Shown here in pieces: positions 1 through 8,916 of a stretch of DNA of 20,454 nucleotides. The DNA is from Pseudomonadota bacterium (GTDB taxonomy: Bacteria; Bdellovibrionota; Bdellovibrionia; Bdellovibrionales; Bdellovibrionaceae): assembly GCA_041178425.1 (NCBI GenBank), contig JBEGVH010000043.1, positions 1 to 20,454 of the forward strand, written 5' to 3'. The notes beneath the pieces are model-generated. The model was not told the DNA's origin and searched no databases. It saw only the letters and a program-made list of their open reading frames with translations. A program made the position numbers and the translations under genes. Position 1 is the stretch's first letter. Each line of letters opens with the position of its first letter.

Positions 1-2
1 CC

Positions 3-1037
3 ATGAAAACATTGTTAGCAATCTTGATGGTTTTAGGAACTCCCTTTGTTGCACAAGCTCAGGTTGATGATTCCTTTGATTTAGAGCTAGATCCAGTGAT
101 TTCCGAAGACATCAAGGTGGGGGATTCGCCGGGCAGAGATCAAGTGCCGTCTTCCAGTCTTGAATCGAAGGCGCATCAAAACCGCTCTATTTATATTGTT
201 AATCAAGCATCTTCAGGAGCTAAGGCGGCCGCCAAAACTGAACAAAACGAAACCGACATCACAAACTCTCGTGCGGCGGATTTGAAAAAAAGTCGGCACA
301 GAGCTGAAGTAGAAACAGAACTCAGAGCTTCAGAGAAAATTGAAGAGGCTCGTTTAAATGATGAGCGCCGACGAAGTGAAGTTCTCTTTGGCGAACGTTA
401 CCGCGAACTTGAAGATTCTGGTCGCGTCACTCCTCGACCTGTAGTGATTCCTGTTCAGGAAGTTCGAGAAGAAGTGAGAACGATCGTGAAAGAAGCTGAA
501 GTTGTCAATTCCGGCACGCCTCCTACTTCGAGTTATGCAATTTTATTGGCTGGACTTAGTCAGTTTCCGCGAGCTGAAAATATTCAAGGAAATGGTGTGC
601 TTGGTATTGGTTTAGGCATTGAGACCCAAGCGAACTTCCTAGTGGAAGGGATGTTTCAGTACGGGTCTTACCATAGTACCTTCCCCTGGCCCTCACAAAT
701 ATTTGACTATTCAGGAGCTGGCTCAATGAAATACCAGTTTGGGAGTGGCACTATCATTCCCATCGTGGGTGCTACGTTGGTTTATTCTTACCGCACTTAT
801 TATGACAATTTTAGTTTCCAGGGTCGTCAATCTTACTCCAGTGTGCTCGATGCAGGGGTAATTGGTGGTGCGGAATTCACGATCAATAGATCGTTTTCTT
901 TAGGGGCTGAGTTCCGATATTTATGGAATATTACCTCTCAAACAGACGGCTACTACACGGTGTTTTTCCCAAATCAGGCTCCCTTAGACACCTTTAGCCA
1001 CTATATTCTTGCGCTTACAGGTCGGTATAACTTTTAG
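3..1037 (+). CDS. Outer-membrane beta-barrel protein (OmpA-like/OMP_b-brl type C-terminal barrel) with an N-terminal acidic, coiled-coil region
   Basis: Signal peptide (MKTLLAILMVLGTPFVAQA). Charged helical stretch (RAEVETELRASEKIEEARLNDERRR). C-terminal alternating amphipathic strands with aromatic girdles, ending in a beta-signal (LTGRYNF). Confidence 0.75.
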   Translation: MKTLLAILMVLGTPFVAQAQVDDSFDLELDPVISEDIKVGDSPGRDQVPSSSLESKAHQNRSIYIVNQASSGAKAAAKTEQNETDITNSRAADLKKSRHRAEVETELRASEKIEEARLNDERRRSEVLFGERYRELEDSGRVTPRPVVIPVQEVREEVRTIVKEAEVVNSGTPPTSSYAILLAGLSQFPRAENIQGNGVLGIGLGIETQANFLVEGMFQYGSYHSTFPWPSQIFDYSGAGSMKYQFGSGTIIPIVGATLVYSYRTYYDNFSFQGRQSYSSVLDAGVIGGAEFTINRSFSLGAEFRYLWNITSQTDGYYTVFFPNQAPLDTFSHYILALTGRYNF

Positions 1038-1123
1038 AAAAGCCCAAGGTCTGGGTTAATCACTTCCTGTGCGTCTTGCTCCCCCTTCATCCTCGAACTA
1101 TCGCGGTGCGGGGGGATTTGCAT

Positions 1124-1152
1124 TTGGAGCCTCCACACCCATTATGTACAAT
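1124..1152 (+). promoter_or_regulatory. Candidate sigma70 promoter for the SurA-like gene and rimI
   Basis: TTGGAG (1124-1129), 17 nt spacer, TACAAT (1147-1152). A purine-rich RBS precedes the TTG at 1187. Confidence 0.4.
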
Positions 1153-1186
1153 AAGAATCTGAATAGTTGTAAAAGGGGGAGGGATT

Positions 1187-1831
1187 TTGCCAACTCGTAT
1201 CTTTATCGGACTTTGTGTGGTTTTTATTCTCTCTGGCAGCTCTACTGCTTTGGCAGCTCTTGTCTCTAAAATTGTAGGTAAAGTAGGAGACTATTACCTC
1301 ACTTCACGTGAAGTGGTGGCCTCTCGTCTTCTTGAAAAAGAACTGTTTCCAGAGCAAAAAGTAACGGTGGTTGAGTCTGGTGAAGATCCAGCCTTCGTAA
1401 TGCAAGTGACGGCTGTGATTCTCGAAAAGGTAGTTTCTTTAGAGGCCGAAAGTTTTTCGGTGGCAGCCGTTTCTGAAGAGGATGAAAAAGAATTTATCAT
1501 TAGAGCCAAAAGAATGCTGGCGGGGCAAAAGGCTTGGCAAAAGCTCGATATGTCTGCGATTGAGCTTCAGGATTTGGTCGCTCGCAAACTCAGAAGCAAG
1601 AAATTTCTCAAATACAAAACTGAATCATCAAGTTTGACCGTTACTGATTTTGAAGTGAAAGAGTACTATGAGAAAAGCCGTTATAAATTTGGTAGTATTC
1701 CCTTTGAGAGCTTCAAAGAAAACATTAGGCAGTTCCTCATTCAAAAACAAACGGAAGATCGTCTCAGGGAATGGTTCGAAGTTCTTCGTAAAAAGTATCA
1801 AGTCAGAAACTATTTGGCGGAGTCGACTTGA
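1187..1831 (+). CDS. Exported SurA N-terminal-domain-like chaperone or hypothetical protein, with no visible parvulin domain
   Basis: TTG start after GGGGAGGG. Signal peptide. 'KIVGKVGDYYLTSREV' resembles the SurA N-terminus (xIVAxVNxxxItxxdv). Also 'VTDFEVKEYYEK' and C-terminal 'LREWFEVLRKKYQV', as in SurA/PrsA-type proteins. Confidence 0.6.
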   Translation: MPTRIFIGLCVVFILSGSSTALAALVSKIVGKVGDYYLTSREVVASRLLEKELFPEQKVTVVESGEDPAFVMQVTAVILEKVVSLEAESFSVAAVSEEDEKEFIIRAKRMLAGQKAWQKLDMSAIELQDLVARKLRSKKFLKYKTESSSLTVTDFEVKEYYEKSRYKFGSIPFESFKENIRQFLIQKQTEDRLREWFEVLRKKYQVRNYLAEST

Positions 1832-2289
1832 GAGTTGAAAGCGTTGATTCCTCTTTTTTGTCTGCAATGACAGAAATTATAGATGCCTGTCGGAGAGTTT
1901 TAAGTCTCGAGGCAGAGCTCAATTGGAGTGAAGCTTCTTTGGGTGAAGCCGTGACCTTGGGTAGGGTTCTTGGCGCCTTCGATGGGGGCCGCTTGGTAGG
2001 ATTTGTCCTTTATCTTGAAGTTTCGATGGGTACGGATGAGCCAGAGAAAGGGGCTGAAATACTTTGTTTGGCAACTCATCCTCATTTTCATGGCAAGGGG
2101 ATCATGTCTCGGTTGATCGAAACTCTCCGGTCCCAGGTCTCAGAAATTTGGCTTGAGGTTCATGAGGCCAATAACTTAGCCTTAACCTTTTATAAAAATA
2201 AAGGATTTCAGGAGCTTGGGCGACGCAAAAGATATTATAAGGATGGCGGTGATGCCCTTTTGTTTACTTGGGCAAAGGGAAAACACTAG
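1828..2289 (+). CDS. rimI: GNAT acetyltransferase, RimI-like (ribosomal-protein-alanine N-acetyltransferase)
   Basis: Acetyl-CoA motif 'LATHPHFHGKGI' and RimI-like 'LEVHEANNLALTFYKNKGFQELGRRKRYYKDGGDAL'. The TTG start overlaps the upstream stop (TTGA). An alternative ATG lies at 1867. Confidence 0.75.
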   Translation: MRVESVDSSFLSAMTEIIDACRRVLSLEAELNWSEASLGEAVTLGRVLGAFDGGRLVGFVLYLEVSMGTDEPEKGAEILCLATHPHFHGKGIMSRLIETLRSQVSEIWLEVHEANNLALTFYKNKGFQELGRRKRYYKDGGDALLFTWAKGKH

Positions 2290-2305
2290 GGATTTTAAAT
2301 AAATG

Positions 2306-2334
2306 GTGACTTTTTAGGAAACCATTGCTATAAG
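2306..2334 (+). promoter_or_regulatory. sigma70 promoter of the rimP-nusA-infB operon
   Basis: GTGACT (2306-2311), 17 nt spacer, TATAAG (2329-2334) with an extended -10 TG at 2326-2327. Confidence 0.6.
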
Positions 2335-2384
2335 TTTGAGTGTAAATATGTTTGTTCGCAAACATATGGTCATTTTGTAAATGC

Positions 2385-2415
2385 AAAAATGGGCCCGTGA
2401 GGCTCATTTTTTTTT
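2385..2415 (+). promoter_or_regulatory. rimP leader: terminator-like attenuator hairpin
   Basis: AAAAATGGGCC-CGTGA-GGCTCATTTTT, with a T run totalling 9, directly upstream of rimP. Position and form match the widespread rimP leader. Confidence 0.75.
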
Positions 2416-2436
2416 ATGTGGAGTAGTAAATTACTG

Positions 2437-2955
2437 ATGTCTGATGTTCTTCTTAGTCGGCTAGAACAAATAGCCCAAGAGATCACCGAAAAAGAAGGTT
2501 GCGTGCTGTACGACTTAGAATTCGTTGGCAGTGGTTCAGGCCGTACTCTTCGTCTATATATTGATAAAGAATCAGGTGTTGGTATCGACGATTGTACCAA
2601 CGTTTCCCGTGCCCTCAATGCTATTTTGGATGAATCTGAGGATCTAATTCCGGGCGGAGCTTACCAGCTGGAGGTTTCATCCCCAGGTTTAGAGAGAGTT
2701 TTGCGTAAAAAGTGGCATTTTTCTAGAGTGCTTGGTGAAAAGATTGATTTTCGCCTGTCGAAACCTCTCGGTGTACTCGGTGTTGAGGAAAAGCGGTGGC
2801 AATCTTGTAAGCACACTGATGGAGTTCTGCTCGCGGCCGATGATGAGGCTGCTACTGTTGAGATAAGTGGTGGAACCCAGGTTAAAATTCCATTTGAAAA
2901 TTTTGAAAAAGCAAAAGTTGTATTCGATTTTTCTAAACCCCGAAACAAGAGGTGA
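2437..2955 (+). CDS. rimP: Ribosome maturation factor RimP
   Basis: 'LRLYIDKESGVGIDDCTNVSRAL' and 'YQLEVSSPGLER' motifs, upstream of nusA. Start placed at ATG 2437 after GGAG (2420-2423). The ORF track start is 2416. Confidence 0.95.
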   Translation: MSDVLLSRLEQIAQEITEKEGCVLYDLEFVGSGSGRTLRLYIDKESGVGIDDCTNVSRALNAILDESEDLIPGGAYQLEVSSPGLERVLRKKWHFSRVLGEKIDFRLSKPLGVLGVEEKRWQSCKHTDGVLLAADDEAATVEISGGTQVKIPFENFEKAKVVFDFSKPRNKR

Positions 2956-2957
2956 TT

Positions 2958-4364
2958 ATGTCATCCGATAATATGTTTTCAGAATTGAGTCGCGTTATTG
3001 AGCAAGTCGGAAAAGATAAGGGTATTGATCGTCAGGTGGTGATTGATGCCATTATGCAAGGAATGCTTTTAGCGGCCCGAAAAAAATACGGAACTTATCG
3101 TGAAATTGAACCCCAATATAATGAAGATACCGGAGAGGTTGAACTTTACGAATTCAAAGAGGTTGTGCCGCGAGAAGAATTCATCGATGAAGAAGTTGAA
3201 ATTCCTCAAGATGAGGCTCTTAAATTAGATCCTGAAGCTCAACTACATGATTCGATCGGTATCAAAATCGAAGCTAAAGATCTTGGCCGGATTGCCGCTC
3301 AAATGGCAAAACAGATTATTCTTCAGAAAATTCGCGATGCCGAGCGTGAAATTATCTTTAATGAATTCGAAACTCGCAAAGGCGAAGTCGCGTCGGGCAT
3401 TGTTCGTCGTGTTGAAAAAGGGATGGTTGTTGTCGATTTGGGTCGTACTGAAGCTTATTTGCCTCTGCGTGAGCAAATCCCGGGTGAGACCTACAAAGCC
3501 GGTGACCGTGTTCAGGGTTATCTTTCTGAAGTTCGTCAAACCACTCGTGGCCCTCAAATCATCATGTCTCGTGCAGATGAACGCTACTTAATGAAGCTTT
3601 TCGAACAAGAAGTTCCAGAAATTTACGACGGCATTGTTGAGATCATGGCTGCGGCTCGTGAGCCCGGTCAGAGAGCAAAAATTGCTGTGCGTTCCAAAGA
3701 CAACACAGTTGATCCAGTTGGTGCTTGCGTTGGTATGAAGGGCTCTCGTGTTCAAAATATCGTCCAAGAACTTCGTGGTGAGAAAATTGATATCGTTCCT
3801 TGGAACGAAGATATTACTCGATTTGCTTGTAATGCCTTGGCTCCCGCTGAAATTTCTAGAGTATTTCTTGATGAAATGAACCGCGAAATGGAGATTGTTG
3901 TTCCTGATACTCAACTGAGTTTGGCTATTGGTCGTCGTGGTCAAAATGTGCGTTTAGCTGCAAAATTGACTCATTGGAAGATTGATATCCTTTCTGAGTC
4001 TGCGGCATCAGCAAAGGCCTCTGAGTCGGTGACTAACCTTCTCTTGATACCCGGCATGAGCGATACTATGGCACAAAATCTTTATCAGTCTGGTTTCATA
4101 TCTTTCTCGGCGGTGGCTCAGGCCTCTCAAGAGGACATTATGGCCATTCCTGGCTACGATGATCCCACTCGAGCAGAAAAGCTCTTGAACGATGCTCAAG
4201 CTCTGGTAAACAAGTACAAATCATCAGGTCAGCCGGTTCCTATGCCTGGCACAGGTAAAGAAACTAAGTCTGATGCGAAGTCTCTCGCTGACATGCGCTT
4301 GAAGCAAGAAATGGAAAAGCTCGAGGGACAATCTAAAACAAATAGTGAGACTGATGAAGAATAG
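2958..4364 (+). CDS. nusA: Transcription termination/antitermination factor NusA
   Basis: 'GRIAAQMAKQ', S1 and KH domains, 'DPVGACVGMKGSRV', 'SLAIGRRGQNVRLA', and one C-terminal HhH acidic repeat. RBS GAGGTGA before ATG 2958. Confidence 0.98.
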   Translation: MSSDNMFSELSRVIEQVGKDKGIDRQVVIDAIMQGMLLAARKKYGTYREIEPQYNEDTGEVELYEFKEVVPREEFIDEEVEIPQDEALKLDPEAQLHDSIGIKIEAKDLGRIAAQMAKQIILQKIRDAEREIIFNEFETRKGEVASGIVRRVEKGMVVVDLGRTEAYLPLREQIPGETYKAGDRVQGYLSEVRQTTRGPQIIMSRADERYLMKLFEQEVPEIYDGIVEIMAAAREPGQRAKIAVRSKDNTVDPVGACVGMKGSRVQNIVQELRGEKIDIVPWNEDITRFACNALAPAEISRVFLDEMNREMEIVVPDTQLSLAIGRRGQNVRLAAKLTHWKIDILSESAASAKASESVTNLLLIPGMSDTMAQNLYQSGFISFSAVAQASQEDIMAIPGYDDPTRAEKLLNDAQALVNKYKSSGQPVPMPGTGKETKSDAKSLADMRLKQEMEKLEGQSKTNSETDEE

Positions 4365-4389
4365 TTTATTCTTCACGTGAGGAGAATTC

Positions 4390-7300
4390 GTGGCGAATCC
4401 AAAGGTTTTTGAATTTGCAAAAGAAGTTGGAATGGAGACCTTGGCGTTGATGGCTAAGATTCGTGAATGGCAATTGCCAATTAAGAGTCACATGGCTGAA
4501 TTGACTCCAGATATGGTCGAGCAGATTAAGAACCGCTTGAATCCTTCTCATGCAGAAGATGCGGCTAAAAAATTAACTGTTAAAAAAAGAGCGACCACTA
4601 AAAAAACGGTGCCCGAAGCTGTGGCGACTGCGGCTGTGGCACCGGGTGCGGTGCCTAAGGTCGTTCGTCGTAAGGCCACCTCTGAAAGTGAAGCGAAAAA
4701 ATTGGAATCTGAGCAAATTCAGGATTCTGAGTCTTTCGAATCTCACGAGGAGATGGAGCATACAGAAGAATTGAAAACTGAAGTGGTTGTCGAAGCTCCT
4801 GTTAAGGCTGCAACAGAGACCGTCAAGCCCACAGCAACGGTGAAAGCTAAATCTCAAGTTCAACAGGCACCGGAAACGGAAGTTGAAGAGGTTGCTCCGA
4901 GACAGGTAGAAGCGCCTGTTGCTAAAGAGGCCAAACCAGAAAAAGTGACTCCTGTTGCTGAGACAAAGCCAGTGGAGCCGACGCCAGTGGTTGCTAAGCT
5001 TGAAGTCGAAAAAACAAAAAAATCAAATATTGTTGGTCAGGTAACAATTCCTGTTCCTGCAGCCAAGTCTCAAAAAGTGGAAGCGCCGATCGCACGATCT
5101 GCGACCCCTGCTGAAGAACCAGAAAAAAAGCCTGCCTTTGTTCCTTCTCCTGCTAGAAAAAAAGAGGTCGTGGTTGGGCAGTCTGGTTTTGCAAGTTCCC
5201 AAAAGCCAGCCAATGAGGTGGTGCGAAAAAATATCGTTGGGCGAATGGATTTAAGCCGAGTTTCGCCTCCTCCGAGTGGTGCTCCTCAGGGGCGACCGCA
5301 ATATGGCGCCCAAGGTCAGCAGCGCGGTGGATTCCAGAGTGGTGGATATCAAGGTGGTGGAGCAGGAGGCGGTGGATATCGTCCTCAGGCCCCGGGCGGG
5401 CCCATGCGCACGGCTGGACGCAACAATTTGCGTGCGGGATTTGTAGCACAACCAATTCCGGTGATTCCTGATGCTGAAGAGCTAAGTCGTCGATCTAAAT
5501 TTGAAGATAAACACAAAAAGTTTACAAAGCCTGCTCAGGATACATCAAATGTAACTGTTCCTGAAGAAGAATTGGTTCAATTTAACTCGTCAGAGTTTAG
5601 AAAACGTGAAATGGTCTTTCAACCAAAGAAAAAGAAAGGCCTTTTAAATAGAGAAAGTTTGCATACGCAAATCACCCAACCTAAGGCCTCTAAACGTATT
5701 CTTAAGGTTAACAATAAAATGAAATTGAGTGATGCCGCAGAAGAGATGGGTCTCAAGGCTGCTCAAATCATTAAAGTCCTCATGCAAAATGGTGTCATGG
5801 CTAACATGAATACCGATCTTGATTTTGATACATTGGCTCTTGTTCTTCCTGAGTTTGGTTGGGAAGCGCAAAATATTTTCAAGACCGCCGATGAAATTCT
5901 CGAGGATACTGCTTTTGGCGATTTGCAAGCTGAGGCCATTGCTCGACCACCGGTTGTTACAGTCATGGGTCACGTTGACCATGGTAAAACGTCTTTGCTC
6001 GATGCTATTCGTTTAGCCAACGTAGCGGCGGGCGAAAAAGGTGGAATCACGCAGCATATCGGTGCGTATCAAGTTAAACTTGAGACGGGTGATTTGGTTA
6101 CATTTTTAGATACTCCAGGTCACGAAGCATTCACTGCCATGCGGGCGAGGGGTGCTAATGCAACAGATATTGCGGTTATCGTGGTAGCTGCCGATGATGG
6201 TGTTATGCCTCAAACGGCTGAGGCTATTAATCACGCTAAAGCCGCGGGTGTTCCCATCGTGATCGCAATTAATAAAATGGATAAACCGGGTGCAAACCCT
6301 GATCGTATTAAACAACAATTAACTGAGTATGAGATCGTTCCTGAAGAATGGGGCGGATCGAATATTTTCTGTGAAGTATCAGCAGTTAAAAAGCAAGGAA
6401 TCAAAGAACTCCTCGAACAACTCTTGTTAGTGGCAGAAATGCAAGAGCTTCGCGCTAATCCAAAGCGTTCTGGTACCGGTATTGTTATTGAAAGCCGACT
6501 CGAAAAAGGTCGTGGAAGTACGGCCACGATTCTTGTGCAAGATGGTACAGTAGCTGTCGGAGATCTTATTGTCGCAGGAACTTCTTCTGGGCGAGTGCGC
6601 AGCTTGATGAACGATCTTGGAGATCGCGTCGATTCAGCTGGTCCTGGTATGCCAGTGGAAGTGCTGGGACTTGATGATGTTCCAGGAGCTGGTGATAAGT
6701 TTGATATTGTTAAAGATGAAAAAACAATGGAACGAGTTGTTGAGTTGCGTAAAGCGGCAAAACTTAAAGCAGACACTCCAGCATCGAAGATGACGCTTGA
6801 AGAGATTTTCTCTAAAGTAAAACAGGGTGATCAAAAAGTTCTCAATGTTATTCTCAAATCTGATGTTATGGGAAGCTCTGAGGCCATTCTTGGTATGTTC
6901 CAAAAGTTAGCAACCGATGAAGTGAAAGTTAAAGTCGTTCACTCCGCGGTGGGTGGAATCAACGAGGGTGATGTGCTTTTGGCGACAACTTCCAAAGCTA
7001 TTGTTCTTGGCTTTAATACGCGTCCTGACGGAAACGCCATGGCGTTGGCAAAACGTCGCGGTGTTGAGATCAGAACATACGGAATTGTTTACGAAATGAT
7101 GGACGACTTGAAGCGACTAATGGCGGGTCTTCTCGAACCTGAAATTGTTGAACAAGTTCATGGTCGTGCCGAGGTTCGAAATATCTTTACCGTACCAAAA
7201 ATTGGAACCATTGGTGGTTGTTCAGTGTTGGATGGAAAAGTGGCTCGATCTCACTTGGTACGTTTGGTTCGTAATGGCGTTGTGGCCTACCAGGGCAAGA

Positions 7301-7467
7301 TTGGCAGCTTAAAACGCTTCAAAGATGATGCAAAAGAAGTTGCGGCAGGTTTCGAATGCGGTATTGGCATTGAGAACTATAACGACTTAAAGGTCGGAGA
7401 TATTATTGAGGCGTACACCAGGGAAGAGATTCGTCGCGGATTAACAGAAAATCCGGCATCAGTTTAA
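4390..7467 (+). CDS. infB: Translation initiation factor IF-2
   Basis: 'RPPVVTVMGHVDHGKTSLLD', 'GGITQHIGAY', 'FLDTPGHEAF', NKMD, and 'SLKRFKDDAKEV...ECGI'. GTG start with RBS GAGGAG. Confidence 0.99.
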   Translation: MANPKVFEFAKEVGMETLALMAKIREWQLPIKSHMAELTPDMVEQIKNRLNPSHAEDAAKKLTVKKRATTKKTVPEAVATAAVAPGAVPKVVRRKATSESEAKKLESEQIQDSESFESHEEMEHTEELKTEVVVEAPVKAATETVKPTATVKAKSQVQQAPETEVEEVAPRQVEAPVAKEAKPEKVTPVAETKPVEPTPVVAKLEVEKTKKSNIVGQVTIPVPAAKSQKVEAPIARSATPAEEPEKKPAFVPSPARKKEVVVGQSGFASSQKPANEVVRKNIVGRMDLSRVSPPPSGAPQGRPQYGAQGQQRGGFQSGGYQGGGAGGGGYRPQAPGGPMRTAGRNNLRAGFVAQPIPVIPDAEELSRRSKFEDKHKKFTKPAQDTSNVTVPEEELVQFNSSEFRKREMVFQPKKKKGLLNRESLHTQITQPKASKRILKVNNKMKLSDAAEEMGLKAAQIIKVLMQNGVMANMNTDLDFDTLALVLPEFGWEAQNIFKTADEILEDTAFGDLQAEAIARPPVVTVMGHVDHGKTSLLDAIRLANVAAGEKGGITQHIGAYQVKLETGDLVTFLDTPGHEAFTAMRARGANATDIAVIVVAADDGVMPQTAEAINHAKAAGVPIVIAINKMDKPGANPDRIKQQLTEYEIVPEEWGGSNIFCEVSAVKKQGIKELLEQLLLVAEMQELRANPKRSGTGIVIESRLEKGRGSTATILVQDGTVAVGDLIVAGTSSGRVRSLMNDLGDRVDSAGPGMPVEVLGLDDVPGAGDKFDIVKDEKTMERVVELRKAAKLKADTPASKMTLEEIFSKVKQGDQKVLNVILKSDVMGSSEAILGMFQKLATDEVKVKVVHSAVGGINEGDVLLATTSKAIVLGFNTRPDGNAMALAKRRGVEIRTYGIVYEMMDDLKRLMAGLLEPEIVEQVHGRAEVRNIFTVPKIGTIGGCSVLDGKVARSHLVRLVRNGVVAYQGKIGSLKRFKDDAKEVAAGFECGIGIENYNDLKVGDIIEAYTREEIRRGLTENPASV

Positions 7468-7468
7468 T

Positions 7469-7516
7469 TGGTGAAGTGGCTCAGTGTTCTTGGAGAACCT
7501 GGGCCCATTTCCACTG
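7469..7516 (+). other. Long imperfect RNA hairpin filling the infB-rbfA spacer
   Basis: TGGTG-AAGT-GGCTCAG-T-GTTCT [TGG] AGAAC-CTGGGCC-C-ATTT-C-CACTG pairs over about 20 bp with small bulges and G-U pairs. Confidence 0.55.
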
Positions 7517-7527
7517 GGAGTGCTAAA

Positions 7528-7920
7528 ATGCAGTTTAAAAAGCACGATCGCCGTCAAGTGCGAATCGAAAAAGAAGTTCAAGAAAGTCTCGCGACGTTTC
7601 TTCTAAAGAATCTGAATGTTTCCGAAGATGGGCTCGTGTCTGTGACAAGAGTGCAAATTCCGAGAGATCTTAAGACGGCAGATGTATTTATTCATCTTTT
7701 TGGAAAATCGGAAGCAGAACGAGAGGCCCTTTTAGAAAAACTAGAGCGCCGACTCAGTCTTATTCAAAAGCATTTATCTCAGGATTTAAAACTACGGTTT
7801 TGTCCTAGAATCACTTTTCATTACGATGAAGCTTTCGATAAAACTCTTGCTGTTGATAAAAAGATTTATGATATGACCAAGTCTGGTGCCATCAAAAAGG
7901 CCGACGAAGGCGCGGAATAA
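7528..7920 (+). CDS. rbfA: Ribosome-binding factor A
   Basis: 'VSVTRVQIPRDLKTADVF' and 'LKLRFCPRITFHYD', downstream of infB. ATG 7528 follows GGGAG. Confidence 0.93.
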   Translation: MQFKKHDRRQVRIEKEVQESLATFLLKNLNVSEDGLVSVTRVQIPRDLKTADVFIHLFGKSEAEREALLEKLERRLSLIQKHLSQDLKLRFCPRITFHYDEAFDKTLAVDKKIYDMTKSGAIKKADEGAE

Positions 7921-7924
7921 GATC

Positions 7925-8839
7925 ATGTCATCACTTCATGGGCTTCTATTGGTCCGAAAACCATCGGGAATGACCAGTCATGATTTGGTTTACCAAGTCA
8001 GGCGAGCTTTGGGAATTAAGGAAGTTGGTCATGCCGGAACGCTTGACCCTCTTGCTGAGGGTTTGATGGTTTTGCTTTTGGGTGAAGCGACGAAAATGAG
8101 CTCCTACGTTCTCGAGCAAGACAAGCAGTATGAGGTTGAGTTTAAACCTGGAATTGAAACGGATACGCTTGATATCACGGGGGCCATTTTACAAGAACGG
8201 CCTGTCACTCTTTCAAATGAAGAAATCATTGCAGAAGCGCTCAAGCTTCATGGTGATTTCGTTTGGGAAGTGCCAATGTATTCTGCCACCAAGGTGGGTG
8301 GAAAAAAGCTCTATGAACAGGCGAGAGCGGGTGAAACTCCCGTTATGATTCCCAAAAAATCCATGAGTTTTTGGGGAGTCGAATACCTTGAAGGCAGAGA
8401 CGGTCAAAAATTCAGATTTCGGCTAAATTGTTCCAAGGGTAGTTTTATTCGTACCTGGGTTCAGCAACTAGGTCAGACATTGGGGTTTGGTGCCGTGATG
8501 ACGGGGTTGTGTCGTACCTATTCTGCTCCCTATTCGCTCGATCGTGCTATTGACCTCAAGGATCTTTCTCCAGAGATTGGCTCAGATCGATCAGGTGCTT
8601 TTATTTCCCTTTTGGCCGCTCTTCCTCACTTTAAAACCATTAGAGTGAGTGGCCATAGCGAGGGCCTCATTAAGAACGGTCAAATTTCTCATGAGCTGCG
8701 TCGGCAATTAATCGTGGCCTTTGATCCCGAGAAAGATCAGGGGGTCAAGGTGATCAGTCAGCGTCCTGAGGAGCTTCTAGCTCTCGTTGGCCTCGAAAAA
8801 GAAAAAGGTTTTGTTGTTCGTAGAGTGTTCCGCTATTGA
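7925..8839 (+). CDS. truB: tRNA pseudouridine(55) synthase TruB
   Basis: 'KPSGMTSHD', catalytic 'GHAGTLDPLAEG', 'PMYSATKVGGKKLYEQAR', 'CSKGSFIRT'. Start placed at ATG 7925. Confidence 0.97.
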   Translation: MSSLHGLLLVRKPSGMTSHDLVYQVRRALGIKEVGHAGTLDPLAEGLMVLLLGEATKMSSYVLEQDKQYEVEFKPGIETDTLDITGAILQERPVTLSNEEIIAEALKLHGDFVWEVPMYSATKVGGKKLYEQARAGETPVMIPKKSMSFWGVEYLEGRDGQKFRFRLNCSKGSFIRTWVQQLGQTLGFGAVMTGLCRTYSAPYSLDRAIDLKDLSPEIGSDRSGAFISLLAALPHFKTIRVSGHSEGLIKNGQISHELRRQLIVAFDPEKDQGVKVISQRPEELLALVGLEKEKGFVVRRVFRY

Positions 8840-8864
8840 CGTTTCCCTGAAGACCTACTAAAAC
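8836..8864 (+). promoter_or_regulatory. Candidate sigma70 promoter of rpsO
   Basis: TTGACG (8836-8841, overlapping the truB stop), 17 nt spacer, TAAAAC (8859-8864). Confidence 0.55.
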
Positions 8865-8871
8865 CTTCCAC

Positions 8872-8916
8872 TTATAGCTCTGCTAGCGACAGCCATGACG
8901 TTAAAAGGGGCTATAA
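8872..8916 (+). promoter_or_regulatory. Structured rpsO 5' leader (candidate S15 autoregulatory RNA)
   Basis: 10-bp stem TTATAGCTCT/GGGGCTATAA with two G-U pairs, enclosing GCT-AGCGAC-AGC. It begins at the predicted transcription start. Confidence 0.5.

Noticed and set aside
1080..1116. Imperfect hairpin TCCCCC…GGGGGA after the first gene
   Set aside because: It has several mismatches and only a 3-T tail. It could be a weak terminator but cannot be supported as an ncRNA or REP element from one copy.
2290..2436. Possible tRNA-Met upstream of rimP, as at the E. coli metY locus
   Set aside because: No cloverleaf or T-loop/acceptor-stem pattern. The GTTCG present is the loop of a simple hairpin.
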